From Octopus sinensis (Eukaryota): a stretch of 64,000 nucleotides of DNA. The notes below the pieces were generated by a model that saw only the letters and a list, made by a program, of their open reading frames with translations, was not told the DNA's origin and made no database searches. The position numbers were made by a program, and so were the translations under genes. The stretch is taken from the NCBI RefSeq assembly GCF_006345805.1, contig NC_043026.1, positions 6,076,001 through 6,140,000 on the forward strand, given 5' to 3'. Below are positions 1-11,777 of this stretch, piece by piece (positions within the stretch are counted from its first letter, which is position 1; each line of letters starts with the position of its first letter).

Positions 1-318
1 CCAGAAGTCACAGATGTCCCAGATGTCACAGATGTCCCAGCTGTACCAGATGTCCCAGATGTCCCAGAAGTCACAAATGTTACAGATGTCCCAGATGTCC
101 CAGAAGTCACAGATGTCCCAGCTGTACCAGATGTCCCAGCTGTACCAGATGTCACAGATGTCCCAGATGTCCAAGCTGTACCAGATGCACCAACGTCTGA
201 CAATAACATTGTGAGTGTCCCACCGAATGAGGTACCAAATGTTACTGAAGCATCTACCAGCAACCAGGATGCAGATAAGAAGCTATCAAGCACTGTAGTG
301 TCTGCAAAATCTGATAAG
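1..318 (+). CDS. DNAI3: DNAI3 exon (5'-truncated by window): PEVTDVPDV... 9-bp tandem repeat coding region
   Basis: Frame 1 is open from base 1 to ...SAKSDK, then donor AAG|GTGACC; phase 0 matches the acceptor at 2408. No homology recognised, so the assignment rests on frame continuity. Confidence 0.65.
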
Positions 319-1973
319 GTGACCATCATTTTTTGGTTTGTATTTTTGTTTGGACACTGGTCAGACCCTGATTGCTAATCAGACTGATAATACTGTGTAA
401 CAATATTTGTTCTTGGGTTGTTGTGTTGTGACCCCCTTCGGTCAGACACTGACCATGGGTTTGCACCTAGAGAGTTACCCTCTGAGGCACAAGTCTGGGC
501 AAGGTTGTTTTATGGAAGACCAGCAGTCGCCCATGCATACCGGCCTCCCCTCTCCTCGTCACCGATGTTGTCCAAGGGAATGGCAAAGGGGCCGATAAAG
601 CTTGGCACCTGTGACGTCGCAACTCATTTCTACAGCTGAGTGAACTGGAGTAATGTGAAATAAAGTGTCTTGCTCAAGAACACAACATGCAGCCCGGTCC
701 GGGATTCGAGCTCACAACCTCACGATCGTAAGCTCGATGCTCTAACCACTGAGCCACTTGGGTAGCAACAGTTATTTCCTATTTGCTTAACCCTAGAATC
801 TATGGAAAATGGCAAATATTTCCTTCAAATTTTGCTTTTGTTATATTTATTCAATCCCCAAAGAATCCCTTTCGACACATGGCTATGATGCTCCCCCACT
901 ACTCCTGCTCTTGATTAGAGATGCACATATTGTCAGCCACTAGTGGAGGCGCAATGGCCCAGTGGTTAGGGCAGCGGACTCGCAGTTTTGATTCCCAGAC
1001 CGGGCGTTGTGAGTGTTTATTGAGCGAAAACACCTAAAGCTCCACGAGGCTCCGGCAGGGATGGTGGTGATCCCTGCTGTACTCTTTCACCACAACTTTC
1101 TCTCACTCTTACTTCCTGTTTCTGTTGTACCTGTATTTCAAAGGGCCGGCCTTGTCACTCTCTGTGTCACGCTGAATATCCCCAAGAACTATGTTAAGGG
1201 TACACGTGTCTGTGGAGTGCTCAGCCACTTGCACGTTAATTTCACGAGCAGGCTGTTCCGTTGATCGGATCAACCGGAACCCTCGTCGTCGTAACCGACG
1301 GAGTGCTTCCCATTGTCAGCCACTAAGGGACATAATCAACTGGTTATGGTCAAGCAACTGAGAAGCAAATCTGTGGTATTGAGCAGAATATTTGCTATAA
1401 TGATATTTCTGCTTCAGCAACTCAGCCTTGAGTCTGTCTGAAATGTAAAATGTAAAACTGATTATATGTTTGGGGTCGCTTTGGCTGCAGAGTTCCCTTT
1501 TTTGTACTCATAAAGCATTATGTGCCTTAAATGCTCTTTGGATACTTCCATGTTAGAAGGGGTTTTAATCAAAGAAAATTTTAATTCTATTATTCTGTAA
1601 AATAATATTTAACCCTTTAGCATTTAATCCGGCCATATCCGGCTCAAATATTCCACCTGTTTTATGTTAAAACTGCCTGGATCCAACCTCTCCCGCCTAC
1701 CCTACAATGTCATTTTAAAAATATTTAGCCACACCATTTAAATTTTGAAGTTGCAAAATAATATGTGATTAATTCAAAACAGTATGAATAAATAAGCAAT
1801 AAATTTCACAAAGAAATATGAATGCTAAAGGGTTAATTAGTTTAAATGTACACAAATGCATAAAAATAATTTCTAATTCCATCAGACATTCTAAAATACT
1901 ATTAAATTTCATTCAATTTTTAAAAAAAGTAAAATCATACAGAACTTATGGGATGACCTGATACAAACACACA

Positions 1974-2006
<33 letters not shown>

Positions 2007-4891
2007 CATCGTCATCATCGTCATCATCATCATCATTGTTTAACGTCGGTTTTCCATGCTGGCATGGGTTGGACGGTTCGACTGGGGTCTGGGAAGCCAG
2101 GAGGCAGCACCAGGCTCCAGTCTGATCTGACAGTGTTTCTACAGCTGGATGCTCTTCCTAACGCCAACCACTCAGAGAATGTAGTGGGTGCTTTTTACGT
2201 GCCGCCAGCACAGAGGCCAGAGGGGGCTGGCAACGATTGGTTGGTGCTTTTTACATGCCACCAGCACAGAAACCAGTCAAGGCAGCGCTGGCATAGGCCA
2301 CGTTTGGATGGTGCTTTTTACGTGCCACCGGCACAGGGATCACAATTACAATTTCCATTTGATTTTATATATTTAGTTTAACTCTGTGCATATTTATTGC
2401 TTGTCAGAAGGACCATGCCAACTCATCAAAGTCCAGAGTACATTCCAGAAAGAGTTCTGCAACCAGCAGCATGACATCATCTGCTCGAAGGTTGCGCTCA
2501 TCGGACTCACAGCTGCCCATTTCTGGTGGAGCTAAAAAGAAAAAAAAGAAAGGTTTGTCAAAGATTCTCTCCTTTATTTCTCTCTCCTTCCGATCCATCA
2601 CTCTGTTTCACCCTGTGGCACTCATATTCCCTAGCAGGGCCCCATTGTACTCAAATAGGTCTCCTCACGCACAGCAGGTCACCCTACGATCCAAGGTAAG
2701 CACAGCAGGTCATTCTGCAATCCAACGTACTTTGGATGGGCTGGGGCTATGGGGTATGTATATATATTGAGTGGAGGCGCAATGGCCTAGTGGTTAGGGC
2801 AGCGGACTCGCGGTCGTAGGATCGCGGTTTCGACTCCCAGACCGGGCGTTGTGAGTGTTTATTGAGCGAAAACACCTAAAAGCTCCATGAGGCTCCGGCA
2901 GGGGGTGGTGATCCCTGCTGTACTCTTTCACCACTCTTTCTCCCACTCTTTCTTCTGTTGACCTGCTCGCTTAGCCAGCGGGGTGGCCTCACTTGATGGC
3001 TAAAACAATGCGAAGCGCATTGTGACCAGCGATGTGTAACAACATCTGATGGCCTGGTCAGTCACGGTGATCACGGTGATATATATTGAATAAAAGTGCT
3101 GTGAAGTGATCTGGCTCAGTAGTGGGTTCCACACTCCATTCTAGTATTCTTGTCGTACAACAATGGGTAGCAACTTCAGTATAGGGTAGTGTGCAGAATA
3201 TGAACCAGAATGATAGAAATAATATTAATTAAGCAGAAAGTAAGTATGGTATTAAATGCTTTATAGGATATACACATGTTTCATTTGACTGCTGTAATAA
3301 TTACATAACACTTGTAGAAACATTATTCAATTGTGCACAATACTTCATCAGTGTCCTGCAAATGAGTCTATAGCAATGAGTAGCAGGGCCAAAATTATTT
3401 TATGGGATGCCTAACTTTGTGTAAAGGACCCGGGGTGATTTTTTGGGGACAGTTCTTTTTTTTGGGGGAAAAAAAGGGTGTTTTATATACGATCATATAT
3501 GGTATGTATTAAATGACATCTATTTTCATATATTCAGCGGCCAAAACTCCTGAAAAGCGATCAGGCAAGAAGGAGGATGACAAAGGTAAGATTTGACTTT
3601 CGTTTTGATTTTGTTATCGTTTATCTCCAGGTTAGCCCTATTCTAGAATACTTATAAATAACGCAGGCATGGCTGTGTGGTCAGGGAGCTTGCTTCCTAG
3701 CTACATGGTTTCGGGTTCAGTCCCACTGCATGGCACTTTGGGTAGGTGTCTTCACCATAGCCCCGAGCTGACCGGAGCTTTGTGATTGAATTCGGTAGGT
3801 GGATGTTACTGCCGTGTGTGTATGTGTGCGTGTAGGTGCTCAGTGCCTCTCCGAAAGAGAGAGAGAGGGAACGGTACTGGTTCTATGCCAGTACAGGTGC
3901 ATCATCGTCACCACCACCACCACCCCACCACCACCATCATCATCATCATCATTATCATTTAGCATCTGTTGTCCATCCTGGCATGGCTTGGATAGTTTCA
4001 CCAGGACTGGTCAGCTGAGGGGCTGCACCAGAATCCAGTCTGATTTGGCTTGGTTTTCTATGGCTGGGCACCCTTCCTGACATGCCGACCACTCCGAGAG
4101 TGTAATGCGTGCTTTTACATGCCACCAACACAGGTGTCATTTGCATGACATTATTTCCATTTTCTTTCATTTTTTATTTCATTTTTCCCCCCATTTTTCC
4201 CCCATCCAGATACCAAAAGAGACAAATGCTGAGGTGTCCTTGACAGAATCATCCGAGGTCACTCAAAATTTATCAAAGATCTGCCACAACTACAATTTCA
4301 CTTGGCTTGATGGGTTTTCTTCTGAAGTACACCATATTGCCAAAGGTTTCACTCATTTCTCATTGCCTCTGTGAGGCCCAGCATTTGAAAGGTTCTTTTC
4401 ACATGCCACCGGTATCAACCACCTTGCCTTCATGAGGCCCACTGCTCGAAAGCACCATCCATTCGTGGCCGTTGTAAGCCTCGCCTGGCCCCCGTGCCGG
4501 TGGCACGTAAAAAGCACCATCCGATCGTGGCCGTTTGCCAGCCTCGTCTGGCACCTGTGCCGGTGGCACGTAAAAAGCTCCCACTACACTCACGGAGTGG
4601 TTGGCGTTAGGAAGGGCATCCAGCTGTAGAAACATTGCCAGATCAGACTGGGCCTGGTGCAGCCTTTCAGGTGCTTTTATGTGACACCAGCATGGGTGCG
4701 TTATGCGGCACCGGCACAGGTGACTTTATGAATCTTGAGATTCTTTCCTGCAACACTCTAATCACATTAGAGAATGGTTCCAGGTTCAGTCCCACTGCGT
4801 GGCACCTTGGGCAGGTGTCTTCTGCTATAGCCCCGGGCCGACCAAAGCCATCAGAGTGGATTTGGCAGATAGAAAATGAAAGAAGCCTGTC

Positions 4892-4932
<41 letters not shown>

Positions 4933-5793
4933 TTTGTTGTGTGTGTGTCTTTGTGTCTGTGTTTGTCCCCACTCAGCTGCTTGACAACCGGTGTTGGTGT
5001 GTTTACGTCCCCTTAACAGCAGTTTTGGCATAAAGGAGACCGACAGAATAAGTGCTAGGCTTACAAAGAATGTGTCGGCGGGGGGGGGGGCACGTTTGTA
5101 TGTGTGTGTCTATTTCTTCTACTAAAATCCCTTTAAGGCAGTACTCCAGCATGGCCACAGCCAAATGGCCGAAACAAGTAAAAGAACAGAAGAGTAAAAG
5201 CGTAAACTGTTTTTATTTTATTTAATTTCACTTTATTTTATTTTATTTTATTTTACTTTATTTTATTTTATTTTATTTTATTTTATTTTATTTTATTTTA
5301 TTTTACTTTATTTTATTTTATTTTATTTCATTTTATTTTATTTTATTTTATTTTATTCTATTTTATTTTATTCTATTTTATTTTATTTTACTTTTCTTCT
5401 CCCTTTCGTCTCTCCTCAGTCCACCGCTCCATGTCCCTGTCGTCCGCCCTTCCAGACTTTGTGTTTCCCATGACATTAGTCGACCAGACCCAACTAATCT
5501 TCAACTGTGTCGCAGAGCATCAAGTCAATGCTGAAAATCCATTCCTCATGCTCAGGAAGGAAGCCGTTCTCGAAGACATCAAAAACAGGGCTGGGGTCTC
5601 TGATTTTTATCCCTTTAAGGAGCAAATTATTGTAAGTATGCTGCCAATGATATCATTTCTGGTCCTGTTATTTATTTTTCTTGGCGGGAGTGGCTGTGTG
5701 GTAAGTAGCTTGCTTACCAACCACATGGTTCTGGGTTCAGTTCCACTGTGTGGACTTCTAGCATATGGGATCCACTTAGTGGTCATCCCCTCT

Positions 5794-5826
<33 letters not shown>

Positions 5827-5833
5827 TATATAT

Positions 5834-5877
<44 letters not shown>

Positions 5878-6868
5878 ATATATATATATATGTATATATT
5901 TATATGTATATATATATGTAATATATGTATGTATATATATATATAATCTATATATATATATATATATATATAGATAATATGCTATGTTATGTATATGATT
6001 ATATATATATTTATAATATATATATATATATATTGTATATATATAATATATGTATGTATATGTATATGTATGCATGTATGTATTTATATGTTTGTGTCTG
6101 TGTTTGTCCCCACCACCATCATTTGAGAACTGATGTTGGTGAGTTTACGTCCCCATAACCTAGCAGTTCACCAAAAGAAACTGATAGAATAAGCACCAGG
6201 CTTGCAAAGTATAAGTTCTAGGGTTGATTCGTTTGACTAAAGGTGGTACTCCAGCATGGCCACAACCAAATGACTCAAACATATAAAAGAGTAAAAGAGT
6301 AGGCTTCGTCCCTCCTGTTCTCAGGGGCCGATACAGCTTGGCACCAGTGATGTCACAACTCGTTTCTACAGCTGAGAGGACCGGAGTGACATGAGATAAA
6401 GGGTCTTGCTCAAGAACACAACACACAGCCTGATCAGAGAATTGAACCCATTACCTCATGATTGTGAGCCTGACGTTGTAACCACTGAGCCATGCACTAT
6501 TCATTGATAAAACAAGTAGAATATTGGCCGGTTTAATTGCTAAAGGGTTAACACTTATGAGGGGCTCATCTTTACAAGTGGGACCCGAGGTGATGTTTTG
6601 GAAAATATTTTGAAGAAAAAAAATTTATGTCTTAGATGCCAACAAATACGGTGATTTTTAGGGCTTTACTCTTTTACATGTTTCAGTCATTTGACTGCGG
6701 CCATGCTGGAGCACCGCCTTTAGTCGAGCAAATCGACCCCGGGACTTATTCTTTGTAAGCCCAGTACTTATTCTGTCGGTCTCTTTTGCCGAACCGCTAA
6801 GTGACGGGGACGTAAACACACCAGCATCAGTTGTCAAGCAATGCTAGGGGACAAACACAGACACACAA

Positions 6869-6920
<52 letters not shown>

Positions 6921-9752
6921 GACAGGCTTCTTTCAGTTTCCGTCTACCAAATCCACTCACAAGGCATTGGTCGGCCCGGGGCTATAGCAGAAGACACCTG
7001 CCCAAGATGCCACGCAGTGGGACTGAACCCGGGACCATGTGGTTGGTTAGCAAGCTAACCAACCACATTAATTTTTTTTTTTATTTTGTTAATTGATTAG
7101 TCTAATTACTGTTTCTAATTATTTGCATTGATGACAGAAATATGCAGGGGATGAACTGATGCTCTTCTACGACCATGAATACAAATACGGTGGAAATTTT
7201 TGCATCATTTTGTCTGAAGAAGCTAAAACGAAGATGTACCAGTTTATTAAGGTGATGTGGCATCATTAATTCCTTTAGTCTTTTATTATTCTTTGTGGCT
7301 AGCTAGGAGAATCGTTACTGTACTGGATAAAACGCTTAGCACCATTTTGTCTGTCTCCGTCACTTTGTCATTTGTCATTTCAGGGTCGAGTAATCAACTA
7401 GCCCCATTTCCCAAAAGTACTGGCCTTGTGCTAAAATTTAAAATCATGTTGGTACTTTTGAGTGCTGATACTTACTTCCAGGTGCACCAATTGCTATCGA
7501 AATTGAACCAATCCTATGACTGGCACCCGGCAGATGCCAGGACCCCTGGACTGGATATACGTAAAAAGCACTATCCGAATCGTGGCCGATGCCAGCGCCG
7601 CCTCGACTGGGTTCCGTGTCGGTGGCATGTAAAAAGCACCATCCAAATCGTGGCCGATGCCAGCGCCGCCTCGACTGGGTTCCGTGTCGGTGGCACGTAA
7701 AAAGCACCATCCGAATCGTGGCCGAAGCCAGTGCCGCCTCGACTGGCTTCCGTGTCGGTGGCACGTAAAAAGCACCATCCGAATTGTGGCCGAAGCCAGT
7801 GCTGTCTCAACTGGCTTCTGTGTCGGTGGCACGTAAAAAGCACCATCCGAATCGTGGCCGAAGCCAGTGCTGTCTCAACTGGCTTCTGTGTCGGTGGCAC
7901 GTAAAAAGCACCATCTAAATCGTGGCCAAAGCCAGTGCCGCCTTGGCTGGCTTCCGTGCAGGTGGCACGTAAAATGCACCAATCTGACCGTGGCTGATGC
8001 CAGCCTCGCCTGGCACCAGTGCAGGTGGCATGTAAAAAGCACCCACTACACTCACGGAGTGGTTGGCGTTAGGAAGGGCATCCAGCTGTAGAAACATTGC
8101 CAGATAAGACCGGAGCCTGGTGCAGCCTTCTGGCTTCCCAGACCCCCGGTCGAACTGTCCAACCTATGCTAGCATGGAGAACGGACGTTAAACAATGATG
8201 ATGATGATGATGATCACGTCTACTCTCTTCCTTGACCACAACCTTCGTATTCCCCACTCCAAATCGTCACAGTTGTTTATTTTGCTGTTGCTAACCCAAA
8301 TTCTGAACAGTTTAAAATAATGCGCCCCGACTGGCTTCTGGGCCGGTGGCACATAAAAAGCACCATCCGAACGTGGCCGTTGCCAGCGCCGCCTTGGCTG
8401 GCTTCCATGCCGCTGGCACGTTAAAAGCTCCAACCAATCGTGGCCAATGCCGGACCCCCCCCTCCGGCACCTATGCAGGTGGCACATAAAAAGCACCCGC
8501 TACACTCGCGGAGTGGTTGGCGTAGGAAGGGCATCAGCTGTAGAAACATTGCCAGATAAGACCGGAGCCTGGTGCAGCCTTCTGGCTTCCCAGACCCCCG
8601 GTCGAACTGTCCAACCTATGCTAGCATGGAGAACGGACGTTAAACAATGATGATGATGATGATGATCACGTCTACTCTCTTCCTTGACCACAACCTTCGT
8701 ATTCCCCACTCCAAATCGTCACAGTTGTTTATTTTGCTGTTGCTAACCAAATTCTGAACAGTTTAAAATAATGCGCCCCGACTGGCTTCTGGGCCGGTGG
8801 CACATAAAAAGCACCATCCGAACGTGGCCGTTGCCAGCGCCGCCTTGGCTGGCTTCCATGCCGCTGGCACGTTAAAAGCTCCAACCAATCGTGGCCAATG
8901 CCGGACCCCCCCCTCCGGCACCTATGCAGGTGGCACATAAAAAGCACCCGCTACACTCGCGGAGTGGTTGGCGTTAGGAAGGGCATCCAGCCGTAGAAAC
9001 TCTGCCAGATCAGACTGGAGCCTGGAGCAGCCTTCTGGCTTCCCAGACCCCGGTCAAACCGTCCAACCTGTGCTAGCGCGGAAAACGGACGTTAAACGAT
9101 GATGATGATGATGATAACCTGACGTTTTTTGGCCTGCCTCCTTCTGAAGATAAACTTTTGCACTTGAAATATAAAAGGTTTTTTTTTTCTTGTAAAACTT
9201 CCTTCATTGTTAAAAGCTTTCATTATTTCCATTTGCTTTCATTTGTTATTTTTCCCCCCATTTTTTCCCCTACTTCAGATACCAAAAGAGACAAATGCTG
9301 AGGTGTCCTTGGCGGAATCATCCGATGTCACTCAAAATTTATCAAAGATGTACGTGCCTATTGCAGAACCGAGAGTGAGGAAATGGATTTCATTGGGAAG
9401 TGAATATGAAATTAAGAGTGAAAATCCAGACGTGATTCCCTCCTTTGTAAGTGTTATTCTTCTAGTCCTTGATTACTTCCAGATCTTGCCAAGATGAGAG
9501 GGTTTCTTGGGGGTTGGGGCTTTTCTTTTTTATCAGTTTGGTCTTGGGGAAAAGCTGTGTCGGATCTTTTCTAAAAGATGGATAGAATTTCCTACTTAAC
9601 TAAATAATTTGAAACTTCGTATACTGATAGAATGTGTCAAAAGAAAACATTAATTTCAATTAGTTTTTTGGAGAAAAATGTATTTTCTAACTTTTACGTA
9701 GTTTAATTCTTTGAATTTTAACCAATCGTATTCTCTGTTTTTGTTGTGTATG

Positions 9753-9783
<31 letters not shown>

Positions 9784-10623
9784 TATTGTTGTGTCAGGGA
9801 TGACATTGAAATAAACAAGCCTTTGAAGACAGAAAACAGAAGACTGATAAGGATGAATAACACGGCAGAAATGAATTCAGCTCAAAACAGAGAATACGAT
9901 TGGTTAAAATTCAAAGAATTAAACTACGTAAAAGTTAGAAAATACATTTTTCTCCAAAAAACTAATTGAAATTAATGTTTTCTTTTGACACATTCTACCA
10001 GTATACGAAGTTTCAAATTATTTAGTTAACTAGAAAAATCTGTCCATCTTTTAGAAAAGATCCACTGTGTCCATTGTATGGTTAAGAAGCTTGTTTTGTA
10101 ACCTCACTGTTTCAAGTTCAGTCCCACTGTGTGATACCTGGCCAGGTGTATTCTCGGCTGACCAATATCTCGTGAGTATATTTGGTAGAGAGAAACTGCG
10201 TGGAAGCCTGCAGCATATGTATGTGTGTGTGTATATATATACATACATATATATACATGAGGTGGCGAGCTGGCAGAAACATTAGCACGCCGGGCGAAAT
10301 GCGTAGCCGTATTTCGTCTGCCATTACGTTCTGAGTTCAAATTCCACTGAGGTCGACTTTGCCTTTCATCCTTTCGGGGTCGATAAATAAAGTACTAGTT
10401 ACGCACTGGGGTCGATATAATCGACTTAATCCGTTTGTCTGTCCTTGTTTGTCCCCTCTGTGTTTAGCCCCTTGTGGGTAATAAAGAAATATATATATAT
10501 ATACATACATACACACACACATATATGTGTATGTTTATATATGTGTGTGTGTGCGTGTATATATATATATGTATATATGTATATGTATATATATATGTGT
10601 GTGTGTATGTGTATGTATATATG

Positions 10624-10666
<43 letters not shown>

Positions 10667-10947
10667 AAATGAAGAAAATGCTGACAAAATAATTTAAGTA
10701 ATTTAAGTAATTTAATTAGGTGAAAGTTCTTTTTACCGGTTGCGCATTTGTTATGCTTATCAAACGATAGATTTTTTCCTCTTATCAGATAAGAGGAAAA
10801 AATCTATCTTTTGATAAGCATAACAAATGCGCAACCGATAAAAAGAACTTTCACCTAATTAAATTACTTAAATTACTTAAATTATTTTGTCAGCATTTTC
10901 TTCATTTCCTTTTTTTATATATCACAACTCGTGTTCCACATCTTTTT

Positions 10948-10983
<36 letters not shown>

Positions 10984-11732
10984 CAGGGTGGCTACAAAGT
11001 TACGCACCATGGGAGATATCAATATGCTTTATTAGCAATGAAGTAGGCAATCCATAACAAATGTTCGAAGTGGTGGCCATGTAGCTTTAAACAAGTGTTC
11101 ATACGGAATTTGAAATTGCAATGAACCCTCTTGAATTGCTCTTCATTGCCGTTGGACTTGTGCACACGCTTTAACAATTCTTTGAAGAAGATGTCCTTGG
11201 TCACGAATCTTTTCAGAATGCACAAGGGATTTAATGTAGCCCCAGAAGAAAAAAGTCCATGGATATTAAATCTGGGGACTGTGGTGCCCATTCAGTTGGC
11301 CCACGACGCCTGAGCCATCTTCCCGGAAAATGTTCATTTAAAAAAAAATCACAAACCTGTAATGCATAATGGGACAGGTGGGGCCCCATCCTGTTGAAAC
11401 CAGCAAGACCCTTTATCTCTTGTCGCTCCAGTCCAGTCAGCAGTAGAAATAAGTTGTGACATCACTGGTGCCAAGCTGTATCGGCCCCTGAGAACAGGAG
11501 GGATGAAGCCTACTCTTTTACTCTTTTCTAAGGGAAAGCACGTGAGGTATCATCTTGTTGCCAAGCATGTCCAGATACGAATCACCTGTCACAGAGCCCT
11601 CAAAATAAAATGGTTCTATTTGTGCCAGATCCCATACCACACCATCACCTTGGCCCCTGCCTTGTTGATTATCTGCCTCCATCCAATGAGGATTGGTTTG
11701 TGAATAATATCAGCAGTTGTGAAAAGATATAT

Positions 11733-11777
<45 letters not shown>

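Noticed and set aside
9141-9178. CTGAAGA...GAAATATA hammerhead-like motif
   Set aside because: Stem II does not pair and stem I has only 2 bp, too degenerate to call alone.
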